Below are positions 27,672 through 36,823 of a stretch of 64,000 bases of DNA, piece after piece (the first letter of the stretch is position 1; every line of letters begins with the position of its first letter). This DNA comes from Parasulfuritortus sp. Lineage in GTDB: Bacteria > Pseudomonadota > Gammaproteobacteria > Burkholderiales > Thiobacillaceae. The position numbers were made by a program, and so were the translations under genes. Under the pieces are notes generated by a model that saw only the letters and a list, made by a program, of their open reading frames with translations, had not been told where the DNA came from and did no database searches. The DNA lies in assembly GCA_036391875.1 (NCBI GenBank), contig DASVZA010000024.1:38003-102002 (forward strand). The letters run 5' to 3'.

Positions 27672-30600
27672 TTAGGCGGCGGGCGCCGACATGCGGCGCT
27701 GCCACAGGTAGTACATCAGCGGGATCACGACCAGGGTCAATGCCGTGGAGGCGAAGGTGCCGAAGATCAGGGAGACGGCCAGGCCGCCGAACACCGGGTC
27801 GGTGATCATGATGGCCGAGCCGAGGATGATCGCCAGGGCGGTCAGCAGGATCGGCCGGAAGCGCACGGCGCCGGCCTCGATCACGGCGGTCTCCAGGTCG
27901 TAGCCCCGCTTGCGGTAATCGAGGATGAAGTCGATCAACAGCAGCGAGTTGCGCACCACGATGCCGGCCAGGGCGATGACGCCGATCATCGAGGTCGCCG
28001 TGAAGGCCTGCCCGGTCGCCCAGTGGCCGGGGAAGACGCCGACCAGGGTGAGCGGGATCGCGCCCATGACGATGAAGGGCAGGGCGAACGACTTGTAGTA
28101 GCCGACCAGCAGCAGGTAGATCAGGACGATCGCGACCATGAAGGCGGAGCCGAGGTCGCGGAACACGTCCAGGGTCAGGCGCATCTCGCCGCCCCAGAGC
28201 AGGGTGTTGTCGACCACGTCCTTCGGGCTGGCCTGGACGAAGCCCAGGTTGCCGGTGGTGAAGGTCACGCCGTTGGGCAGCTTCTGGCCGTCGATCATCT
28301 TGTCGAGCGCGAGCACCGCGTAGACCGGGCTGGACTTGAGCAGCTCGCCGCCGACCATGACCATCGGGTGCTGGTCGCGGTCGTAGATCGGCTTGGCCTC
28401 GGTGACCTTCTGCACCGTGGCGATGGCCGACAACGGCACCTGCTTGCCCTGCGGGTTGGCGATGCGCAGGCTGAGCAGGGTCTCGGGCGTGGCGCGCAGC
28501 TCGCGCGGCAGGCGGACCTTGATGTCGACCGGTTCGCGGGCGTCGGCGACGTGCAGGGTGCCGATCGAGAAGCCGGAGACGTAGTTGCGCAGCAGCTCGG
28601 CGACCTGGCCCGGGGCGACGCCGGACAGCAGCGCCTTCTCGGTGTCGACGTGGACCTCGAAGCTTTCTGCGTTGGCGGTCACCGTGTCGTCGACGTTGGT
28701 CATGCCGTAGATGCTCTGGAAGTCCTTGTCGACGATGGCGGCGGCCTCGCGCAGCTTGTCATAGTCGGGGCCGTACAGCTCGGCCAGGATCTGGGCCTGG
28801 ACCGGCGGGCCGGGCGGCGTCTCATAGAGCTTGATCTTGGCCGTCGGGAAGCGCTTGCGCACTGCCATCAACTGCTCGTTCAGCTCGTTGGCGATCTCGT
28901 GCGACGAGGTGCTGCGCTCGTGCTTGCCGACGAAGTTGACCCGGATCTGGGCCAGGTTCTGGCCCTTCTTGATCAGGTCGCCGCGCACCAGGGCGGCGAA
29001 ATCGATCGGCGCCGTCATGCCCAGGAAGGTCTGGTAGTTGGTCACGTAGGGGTTGGCCTCGACGACCCGGCCGACGGCGCGGGCGACCTCGTCTGTCGCG
29101 GCCAGGGCGGTGCCGGCCGGCGTGTCGACCTCGAGCAGCATGGTGTTGGTGTTGTCGTTGGGCAGCATCTTCAGTTCGACGCCCAACATCGACAGCGGAC
29201 CGTTCAGGCCGGACGGCCGGATGAACTGCCAGGCCGGCATCAGCATGGCGCCGAGCAGGAGCAGCAGCACGATCAGGAAGGTCAGGTTGCGCTTGGAACT
29301 GGACTCGATCAGCGGGGTGATCACGGCGACGTAGGCGCGGTGCAGCGGGTCCTTGGGCGAGGCGCCTTCCTCTTCCAGGCTGGGGGTATGGGCAGCCGCA
29401 TCGCGCGCGGCCTTCTTGGCCAGCCACAGGTTGGAGGCCCAGGGCACCACCATGTAGGCGATGACGATGGAGGCGATCATGGCGACCGGCACGTTGAACG
29501 GGATCGGCGCCATGAACGGGCCCATCATGCCGGTCACGAAGGCCATCGGGATGAAGGCCAGGATCACGGCGATGGTGGCGATGTTGGTCGGGTTGCCGAT
29601 CTCGTTGGTGGCCTCGATCAGGGCCTCGCCGAAGGTCTTGTCGCCGGTGCCGTGGTGCAGGTGGCGATGGATGTTCTCGATCACCACGATGGCGGCATCG
29701 ACCAGCAGGCCGAGCGACAGGATCAGGGCGAACAGGGTGATCCGGTTGATGGTCTGGCCGAATGCCAGGCCTACGGCCAGCACCACGAACAGGATCAGCG
29801 GCACGGTCAGAGTGACGATGCCGGCTTCGCGCCAGCCCAGGAAGATGACCAGGATGACCACCACCGAACCGATGGCGATGCCCAGATGGGAGACCAGTTC
29901 GTTGACCGCCTCGTTGGCCTTCTCGCCGTCGTCGCGGGTGACGGCGACGTCGATTCCGGCCGGAATGGCTTCCTTCTTGAGCTGGTTCAGCTTGTCCAGG
30001 ACCGCGTTCGCCACCACCACGGCGTTGGTGCCCGATTTCTTGGCGATGGCCAGCGTGACGGCCGGGTTCTCGCCCTTGACCGCCTTGCCGGCGGCCGGGC
30101 CCCAGGCGAAGCGGGTGCTTTCGTCCATCTCGGCGGGGCCGTCCTCGATCCGGGCCACGTCCTTCAGGAAGACCGGGCGGCCCATGGCGGAGACGCCGAC
30201 CACGATGTTGCCGACGTCCTGGGCCGAACCGAGGTAGCCTGACAGGCGCAGCGGCCGCGCCCGATTGTCCTGGACCAGGTCGCCCAGCGGGGCGGACACA
30301 TTGCTGCCGCGCAGCATGTTGTCGACCTGGTTCAGGGTCAGGCCGGCGGCATCCAGCCGCTGGGCGTCGAGCCAGACGTTGACCGCCCGGGGGCTGCCGC
30401 CGATGACCTGGGTGAACGACACGCCGGGCACGTTGCGCAGCTGTTCCAGCAGCCGGTCGGCCACTTCGCGCAGCCGGTTGTCGTCATAGCTGGACGAGGA
30501 CAGGGTCAGGGTCATGATCGGCACGTCGTCGACGTTGATCGGCTTGACCAGCGGCTGCATGGCGCCGGGCGGGATGCGGTCCATGTTCTGCATCAGCTGG

Positions 30601-30965
30601 TTGTACAGCTTGACCAGGCTGTTCTCCTGGTTCTGGCCGACCTTGAACTGGACGGTCACCACGCCGAAGTCGTTGGTGGCGTAGCCGAAGGTGTGGTCGA
30701 CGCCGGACTGGGCGTTCATGATCGCCTCCAGCGGCTTGACCACCAGGTTCTCGATCTCCGCTGGCGAAGCGCCGGGCTTGGCGACGATGATGTTGGCGGC
30801 CGGGACGACGATCTGGGGGTTGTATTCGCGCGGCGTGACCATCAGGGCCAGCATGCCGGTCAGAGTGACCGCGATGATGGTCAGCAGGGTCAGCTTGGAG
30901 GTCAGGAAGGCCTTCGCGAGCTTGCCCGCGATGTTCATCTTGCTGTCGTGTTGGACGTCGCTCAT
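27672..30965 (-). CDS. RND transporter permease subunit
   Basis: PREYNPQI, GLLVDAAIVVIENI, VRNSLLLIDF, RFRPILLTA; about 1100 aa, two TM halves. Confidence 0.93.
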   Translation of the reverse strand: MSDVQHDSKMNIAGKLAKAFLTSKLTLLTIIAVTLTGMLALMVTPREYNPQIVVPAANIIVAKPGASPAEIENLVVKPLEAIMNAQSGVDHTFGYATNDFGVVTVQFKVGQNQENSLVKLYNQLMQNMDRIPPGAMQPLVKPINVDDVPIMTLTLSSSSYDDNRLREVADRLLEQLRNVPGVSFTQVIGGSPRAVNVWLDAQRLDAAGLTLNQVDNMLRGSNVSAPLGDLVQDNRARPLRLSGYLGSAQDVGNIVVGVSAMGRPVFLKDVARIEDGPAEMDESTRFAWGPAAGKAVKGENPAVTLAIAKKSGTNAVVVANAVLDKLNQLKKEAIPAGIDVAVTRDDGEKANEAVNELVSHLGIAIGSVVVILVIFLGWREAGIVTLTVPLILFVVLAVGLAFGQTINRITLFALILSLGLLVDAAIVVIENIHRHLHHGTGDKTFGEALIEATNEIGNPTNIATIAVILAFIPMAFVTGMMGPFMAPIPFNVPVAMIASIVIAYMVVPWASNLWLAKKAARDAAAHTPSLEEEGASPKDPLHRAYVAVITPLIESSSKRNLTFLIVLLLLLGAMLMPAWQFIRPSGLNGPLSMLGVELKMLPNDNTNTMLLEVDTPAGTALAATDEVARAVGRVVEANPYVTNYQTFLGMTAPIDFAALVRGDLIKKGQNLAQIRVNFVGKHERSTSSHEIANELNEQLMAVRKRFPTAKIKLYETPPGPPVQAQILAELYGPDYDKLREAAAIVDKDFQSIYGMTNVDDTVTANAESFEVHVDTEKALLSGVAPGQVAELLRNYVSGFSIGTLHVADAREPVDIKVRLPRELRATPETLLSLRIANPQGKQVPLSAIATVQKVTEAKPIYDRDQHPMVMVGGELLKSSPVYAVLALDKMIDGQKLPNGVTFTTGNLGFVQASPKDVVDNTLLWGGEMRLTLDVFRDLGSAFMVAIVLIYLLLVGYYKSFALPFIVMGAIPLTLVGVFPGHWATGQAFTATSMIGVIALAGIVVRNSLLLIDFILDYRKRGYDLETAVIEAGAVRFRPILLTALAIILGSAIMITDPVFGGLAVSLIFGTFASTALTLVVIPLMYYLWQRRMSAPAA

Positions 30966-30968
30966 CGC

Positions 30969-32027
30969 TTAGCCTCGTACCAGGTCGCCGTTGCTGACTG
31001 CCGCAGCGTTCTTGGTCACGACGCGATCACCGGCCGACAGGCCGGACAGGATCTCGACCTGGCCGTTGTCGACCCGGCCGGTGCGGACCATGCGGTATTC
31101 GGCCGTGCCCTTGTCGTCGACGACGAACACGCCGGTGATGCCGGCGCGGTTCAGGACGGCTTCCTGGGGCACCTGGAGCAGGGTCTGTTTGCCGGCCGGG
31201 AACAGGACACGGGCGAAGGCGCCGCTGCGCAGGTCCTTGGCGCTGACGTCGAGCTTGACCAGATGGGTGTGGGCGACCGGATCGGCGGCCGGCGACAGGC
31301 GCGAAATCTTGGCCATGATCGGCTGGGCCTGGCCGTCGACCTCGACCTTGACCGCATCACCCAGCTTCAGGCCGGTGTAGATGCTTTCCGGCACCGAGGT
31401 CTGGACCTGGAGACGGGATTGGTTTTCCACCAGCAGGACGGGGTGGCCCGGCGCGGCGATGTCGCCCTCGTTGGCGTATTTCATGACCACGACGCCGTCG
31501 ATCGGCGAGCTGACCACGGCGTACTTGAGCTGGCCCTGGGCGGTCTGCAGGCCAGCCTTGGCCTGGGCGGCGCGGGAGGCGGCGATGTCGTAGTTCAGCT
31601 TCATCTTTTCGTACTGCTGTCGGCTGACCACTTCGTCCTTGTACAGGGCGGCGAACCGATCGTAGTCGGCCTTGGCATCCTGCATGGCCTTGTCGGCCTG
31701 GTCCATGCCCAGGCGGGCCTGGGTGACGCCGCCTTCGATGTCCATGGGGTCGATGGTGAACAGGCGCTGGCCGACCTTGACGGCCTGCCCTTCGGCGACG
31801 GCGATGTTCTTGATGTAGCCCATCAGGCGGGAGGCGACCTGGACCGATTCCTGCGCGACCACGGTGCCGGGCATGGCACTGTAGACCACGCCCTGAGTGG
31901 GCTGGAGGGCGGTCACAGTGGCCTGGACCGTATGCTGGGCGGTGGCCGATGCGGCCTTGTCGTGTTCGCCGCCGCAGGCGGTCAGGGCGATGGCGATGGC
32001 GAATGCGAGAGGGTGGAGTTTGTTCAT
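30969..32027 (-). CDS. RND periplasmic adaptor (membrane fusion protein), lipoprotein
   Basis: Lipobox LTAC; lipoyl-like halves, coiled hairpin, SPIDGVV. Confidence 0.92.
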   Translation of the reverse strand: MNKLHPLAFAIAIALTACGGEHDKAASATAQHTVQATVTALQPTQGVVYSAMPGTVVAQESVQVASRLMGYIKNIAVAEGQAVKVGQRLFTIDPMDIEGGVTQARLGMDQADKAMQDAKADYDRFAALYKDEVVSRQQYEKMKLNYDIAASRAAQAKAGLQTAQGQLKYAVVSSPIDGVVVMKYANEGDIAAPGHPVLLVENQSRLQVQTSVPESIYTGLKLGDAVKVEVDGQAQPIMAKISRLSPAADPVAHTHLVKLDVSAKDLRSGAFARVLFPAGKQTLLQVPQEAVLNRAGITGVFVVDDKGTAEYRMVRTGRVDNGQVEILSGLSAGDRVVTKNAAAVSNGDLVRG

Positions 32028-32038
32028 CGAGTTATTCC

Positions 32039-33427
32039 TCACAATTTGTCGGCGTCGAGCACGCCCACGGCGAGTTTGAGTTCGGCGCGTTGCACGGCCT
32101 GGTCGTAGTCGGCCTTGACCAGATCGGCGCGGGCCTTGTCCAGTTGGGCTTGGGCGGAGAGCAGTTCGATCAGCGTGCCGAGGCCGTTCTCGTAGCGCTT
32201 CTTGACCAGACGCTGGGCTTCGACGGCCTCGTCCAGGGCCAGCTTGCGGGCCTTGACCGTTTCTTCCGCGGCTTCCGCCTGGCGCTTCGTTTCGCCGACC
32301 TTGTAGGCGATGCCGTTGTTGGCCTGGTCCAGCTTGGCCGCGATCTCCAGGCGCTGCGCTTCGGCCCGGTCCACGGCAGCCCGGCTGCTGCCGCCGTCGA
32401 ATGCGGTCCAGGACAGGACGCCGGCGACGGTGTAGGAAGAGGCGGCTCTGGTGTTCAGGTCCTTGCTGTTCCAGTCCTGGCGCAGCATGACGTTGAATTG
32501 CGGCAGGTTGCCGGCGCGCGCGGCGGCCACGGCGGCCCGCGCGCTGTCTTCCTGGCTGCGCAGCGCTTTCAGGCCCTGATGGTTGGCCAGGGCCTCGCGG
32601 CGCAGGGTCGTCACGTCGCCGTCCAGCATGGTTGGCATGACCGGGGCGCCCACGTCGAGCGGTTCGGCCAGCGGCTTGCCCAGCAGCAGGTGCAACTGGT
32701 CCAGGGCATCGGCCTCGGCGTTCTTGGCGGCGGTCACTTTCAGCTTCACGTCTTCCAGGTTGACCTGGGCGGTCAGCAGGTCGCTCTTGACCGACATGCC
32801 CTGCTTCAGTAGTTGGCTGGTGATCCGGACGTATTCCTCGGCGGCGATTTGTGCCTGTTTGGCGACTTCGACATAGGCGCGGGCAGTGTGCACGCCCTGA
32901 TAGGCCATCAGCACTTGTTCGGTGAGCTTCTGACGCGCCAGATGGTCGCCGGCTTGGGCGGCCTGGACGTAGGACTTGGCCTGTCTGACGTAGTCGCCCA
33001 CCATGCCGCCGTTGTAGACCGGGACCAGCAGCTCGATGCGCGGGTTGTAGTTGTTCACGTTACCCGGGTAGTTGAGGTCGTGCGGCGCGATGCTGAGAAC
33101 GGCGGGGTTGGACGGGTTGAATTCGCCGGCGCCGAAATCACCGAACGTGGCGTTGCGTTGGCCAAGCTTCAGGCCGAACGCATTCAAGGCGTCGTTGGTG
33201 CGGGTCGCGGTCAGGGATAGATTCAACTTGGGCCAGTAATTGCCCCGGGCCTGACGTTCGGCGGCCTCGGCTTGCTTGATCTGCGACTGGGCCGTGGCCA
33301 TGTCGGGGTTCTGCGCCAGGGCGATAGCGACACACTGCTTGAAATCGAGGGTTTCCGACCGGGCACCCGAAGCGGTCACGGCGAGCGCGACGGCCAGGGT
33401 AAGCCGGCGCAACGGAAATGACACCAT
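32039..33427 (-). CDS. TolC-family outer-membrane channel
   Basis: Signal peptide; ALAQNP, duplicated OEP repeats, YENGLGTLIELL; start 33427 chosen from AAGGAG spacing. Confidence 0.9.
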   Translation of the reverse strand: MVSFPLRRLTLAVALAVTASGARSETLDFKQCVAIALAQNPDMATAQSQIKQAEAAERQARGNYWPKLNLSLTATRTNDALNAFGLKLGQRNATFGDFGAGEFNPSNPAVLSIAPHDLNYPGNVNNYNPRIELLVPVYNGGMVGDYVRQAKSYVQAAQAGDHLARQKLTEQVLMAYQGVHTARAYVEVAKQAQIAAEEYVRITSQLLKQGMSVKSDLLTAQVNLEDVKLKVTAAKNAEADALDQLHLLLGKPLAEPLDVGAPVMPTMLDGDVTTLRREALANHQGLKALRSQEDSARAAVAAARAGNLPQFNVMLRQDWNSKDLNTRAASSYTVAGVLSWTAFDGGSSRAAVDRAEAQRLEIAAKLDQANNGIAYKVGETKRQAEAAEETVKARKLALDEAVEAQRLVKKRYENGLGTLIELLSAQAQLDKARADLVKADYDQAVQRAELKLAVGVLDADKL

Positions 33428-33478
33428 ATCCATGCTCCTTGCTTATAGGCAACCTCCCGGCCGTCAGCAAGGGCCAGG

Positions 33479-33524
33479 AATATTAGCGAAGGCTAATATT
33501 ACACATCAGAAAAACTTATGTAAA
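33479..33524 (-). promoter_or_regulatory. sigma70 promoter of the tolC-MFP-RND cassette with an overlapping palindromic operator
   Basis: Minus strand TTTACA(33524-33519)-N17-TAATAT(33501-33496); perfect inverted repeat AATATTAGC-gaag-GCTAATATT at 33479-33500. Confidence 0.7.
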
Positions 33525-33557
33525 TATAAGTCTGGTTCGCCTATACGCAATCTTGAG

Positions 33558-33878
33558 CTATTTCGCAAAACCGCAAAAGACGTCGCGCATAATGCTGATC
33601 AGCTGCAGGGTGCGGGTATCGGCCACGCGGTAGAAGACGCGATTGGCGTCCTTGCGGGTGCGTAGCACGCCTTTATCGCGCAGGATGGCGAGGTGCTGGG
33701 AAATATTGCTTTGGGATGTGCCTACGCTATCGACGATGCCCTGGACGCTCACTTCGTTGTCGCCCAGCACGCAAAGAATCTTTAGTCTAAGAGGATGCGA
33801 CATGGCCTTGAGGGCGCGCGAAGCCTGCTCGATGTGTTCATCCTTCTCGATGAGTTCCGTGATGGACTCCATGGTCAT
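33558..33878 (-). CDS. ArsR/SmtB-family repressor, two-Cys BigR/SqrR-like
   Basis: ALKAMSHPLRLKILC, SQSNISQHLAILR HTH, C-terminal VFCG. Confidence 0.88.
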   Translation of the reverse strand: MTMESITELIEKDEHIEQASRALKAMSHPLRLKILCVLGDNEVSVQGIVDSVGTSQSNISQHLAILRDKGVLRTRKDANRVFYRVADTRTLQLISIMRDVFCGFAK

Positions 33879-33952
33879 AATCAAGTATCTCCAAAGCGGC
33901 AATGGACGTAGGCAGGAACTTAAGCCCGGAACGGACAGGCAAATTCTAAGTC

Positions 33953-33974
33953 GTATTCAAATATACTTAAATAC
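33953..33974. promoter_or_regulatory. AT-rich imperfect palindrome in the arsR/gpmI divergent region
   Basis: GTATTCAAATATACTTAAATAC, 9 of 11 positions pair. Confidence 0.4.
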
Positions 33975-34015
33975 TGCCCGTGAAATCATATTGTTTTCTG
34001 CGATAAAATCTTCTA

Positions 34016-35581
34016 ATGCCACCTAATGTCCTACCTGCCCTTCTGATCATCCTGGACGGCTTCGGTTATCGAGAGGAAGCTGCCAACAACGCCATTGCCG
34101 CGGCCCATAAGCCCAATTGGGACAGGCTGTGGGCGACGTGTCCCCATACCCTCATCCATGCCTCGGAGGCTGCGGTCGGCTTGCCTCGGGGGCAGATGGG
34201 CAACTCCGAAGTCGGCCATCTGAACATCGGCGCCGGCCGCGTCGTCTATCAGGAGTTCACCCGGATCGACCTGTCGATCGAGTCGGGCCACTTCTTCGAA
34301 AACTACGTGCTGATCGACGTCATCGACAAGGTCAAGGCAAACGACTCGACCTTGCATATATTCGGTCTGCTGTCTGACGGCGGTGTCCACAGCCACGAAT
34401 CGCATATCCACGCGATGCTGGACATGGCGGTTCGGTCGGGCGTGAAGAAGATTTCCGTCCATGCCTTCCTGGATGGTCGCGATACGCCGCCCAAGTGCGC
34501 GGACATCTACTTGCAGCGCCTGCAAACCAAATTGGATGCGTTGGGCGCCGGTCGCATCGCGACCATTTCCGGCCGCTACTACGGCATGGATCGCGACAAC
34601 CGCTGGCCTCGGGTGCAGGTCGCCTACGACCTGATCACCCTGGGCAAGGCGGAGTACCGCGCCGCCAGCGCCCAGGAAGGCCTGGCCATGGCCTACGGGC
34701 GCGGCGAGACGGACGAGTTCATCAAGCCGACTGTGATCGCGCCGGCCGGCGAGGCGGTGCCCAGAATGCACGACGGCGATGCCGTGGTGTTCATGAACTT
34801 CCGTTCCGATCGGGCCCGACAGATTTCCCGGGCCTTCCTGTTCCCGGATTTCGACGGCTTCGAGCGGGCATACGTGCCCAAGCTGAGCGCTTATTGCACC
34901 CTCACCCATTATGGCGAGGAGTTCCATGTGCCGGTCGCCTTTCCGCCCGAGCGCATCCACAACGGCTTCGGCGAATACATTTCCAGCCTGGGCTTGCACC
35001 AGCTGCGCATCGCCGAGACCGAGAAGTACCCGCACGTCACCTATTTCTTCAACGGCGGCGAAGAAACCGTCTACGCCGGCGAGGACCGCATCCTGGTCAA
35101 GTCGCCGCCGGTGGCCCATTACGACATGCAGCCGGAGATGAGCGCCTACGAAGTGACCGACAAACTGGTCGAGGCCGTCCAGAGCCGCAAGTACGACGCC
35201 ATCATCTGCAATTACGCCAATGCCGACATGGTCGGCCATACCGGCAATTTCGAGGCGGCCCGCAAGGCCATCGAAGCCCTGGACGTCTGTCTGGGCCGGG
35301 TGGTGGCGGCCATGCAGTCGATCGGTGGCGAGGTATTGATCACGGCCGACCACGGCAATGCCGAGTGCATGCTCGATCTGGCCAACCAGCAACCGCATAC
35401 CGCCCATACCACCAACGTGGTGCCTTTCCTGTACGTGGGGCGGCCGGCTGAATTGGCCGAAACCGGTGCGCTGGAGGATATCGCCCCGACGTTGCTCAAG
35501 ATGATGGGGCTGCCGCAGCCTCGTGAAATGACCGGACACCCCCTGGTGGCGTTTGCCGGGCCTGGTGACGCTGGACAGTAG
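34016..35581 (+). CDS. gpmI: 2,3-bisphosphoglycerate-independent phosphoglycerate mutase
   Basis: ILDGFG, GQMGNSEVGH, AETEKYPHVT, NADMVGHTG, TADHGN. Confidence 0.97.
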   Translation: MPPNVLPALLIILDGFGYREEAANNAIAAAHKPNWDRLWATCPHTLIHASEAAVGLPRGQMGNSEVGHLNIGAGRVVYQEFTRIDLSIESGHFFENYVLIDVIDKVKANDSTLHIFGLLSDGGVHSHESHIHAMLDMAVRSGVKKISVHAFLDGRDTPPKCADIYLQRLQTKLDALGAGRIATISGRYYGMDRDNRWPRVQVAYDLITLGKAEYRAASAQEGLAMAYGRGETDEFIKPTVIAPAGEAVPRMHDGDAVVFMNFRSDRARQISRAFLFPDFDGFERAYVPKLSAYCTLTHYGEEFHVPVAFPPERIHNGFGEYISSLGLHQLRIAETEKYPHVTYFFNGGEETVYAGEDRILVKSPPVAHYDMQPEMSAYEVTDKLVEAVQSRKYDAIICNYANADMVGHTGNFEAARKAIEALDVCLGRVVAAMQSIGGEVLITADHGNAECMLDLANQQPHTAHTTNVVPFLYVGRPAELAETGALEDIAPTLLKMMGLPQPREMTGHPLVAFAGPGDAGQ

Positions 35582-36804
35582 TGTCGCGTCTATTCCTACT
35601 GCTGATTTTGCTGGTTCCGGTCACGGCGTGGCCGGCCACGAACAGCAAGCAGCAGGCGCTCGAAGATGTGCGGGATCGCATCGCCAAGCTCAAGGATGAG
35701 GTCGAGCACGCTTCCGCCGACCGAAAGGAAGCGGCGGACGGCCTGCGCAATTCCGAGCGCAAGATTTCCGACGTCAACCGCAGCTTGCGCGGACTGAGCA
35801 GGAGTGAACGGCAACTGGGCGATGCCCTGGCAACGCTGGCGCAGGAACACGGCGCCACCCAGGCCAAGCTGGAGGCGGAAGAGCAGCAATTGGCGGCCCT
35901 GCTCAGGCAGCGTTATAGCCAGGGCGGGGACGATGCCACCCAACTCATTCTCAGCGGCCGCAATCCAGGCGACATTCAGCGCGACCTCGAGTACTACGCC
36001 TATATCGGTCGGGCCCGGGCGAAGCTGATCGATACCCATAAGGCCACGCTGGCCCACCTGGCGGAAGTCGAAGCAGAGACACAGGCGCGCAAGTCGGACC
36101 TGGCACAGGTCAAGCAGAGCCAACTGAGTCAGCGCAATATCCTGGCCCAGGAGCAGGAAGCGCATCGCGTGCTGTACGACAAGCTCTCCAGTCAAATCAG
36201 CCAGCAGCGCAAGCAGATCGACAAGCTGGTCCGCGACGAGGCGCGCCTGACCCGCCTCGTCGAACGTCTGCAGCGTCTGGCGGAGGAGGCCCGGGCCAAG
36301 GAGGCGGCACGGGCCAGGGAAGCCGCCAAGGCGAGAAAAAGGACTGAAACCAGTGAACCCGTACACGGCAAAGCGGTCAATTCCGTAGCCGACGCCAGTT
36401 TCGCGGGATTCAAGTTCGCATCCCTCAAAGGCCGGCTGGCCCTACCGGTGGCGGGCGAGATCATGGCCCGTTTCGGGCAGGCACGGGCCGGTGGCGGGCC
36501 GGCCTGGAAGGGGCTGTTCATCAGGGCCAAGGCGGGACAGCCGGTCAGGGCGGTGGGCAGCGGCGAAGTGGTCTTTGCCGACTGGTTGAGAGGCTTCGGC
36601 AACCTGCTGGTCATCGACCATGGCGGCGGTTACCTCAGCCTGTACAGCAATAATGAAAGTCTGTATAAACAAGTCGGTGACAAGGTCCGGGCCGGCGATG
36701 TCGTGGCCACGGTCGGCAGCACCGGCGGACAGGATCAACCCGGGTTGTACTTCGAACTGCGTTACCGGGGACAGCCCTTCGACCCCATGAGTTGGGTCAG
36801 ATGA
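35581..36804 (+). CDS. envC: Murein hydrolase activator EnvC (coiled coil plus M23-like domain)
   Basis: Signal peptide, long coiled coil, KGLFI..FADWLRGFGNLLVIDHG..GLYFELR. Confidence 0.88.
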   Translation: MSRLFLLLILLVPVTAWPATNSKQQALEDVRDRIAKLKDEVEHASADRKEAADGLRNSERKISDVNRSLRGLSRSERQLGDALATLAQEHGATQAKLEAEEQQLAALLRQRYSQGGDDATQLILSGRNPGDIQRDLEYYAYIGRARAKLIDTHKATLAHLAEVEAETQARKSDLAQVKQSQLSQRNILAQEQEAHRVLYDKLSSQISQQRKQIDKLVRDEARLTRLVERLQRLAEEARAKEAARAREAAKARKRTETSEPVHGKAVNSVADASFAGFKFASLKGRLALPVAGEIMARFGQARAGGGPAWKGLFIRAKAGQPVRAVGSGEVVFADWLRGFGNLLVIDHGGGYLSLYSNNESLYKQVGDKVRAGDVVATVGSTGGQDQPGLYFELRYRGQPFDPMSWVR

Positions 36805-36823
36805 TTTTTCAGAGAATGTACTT

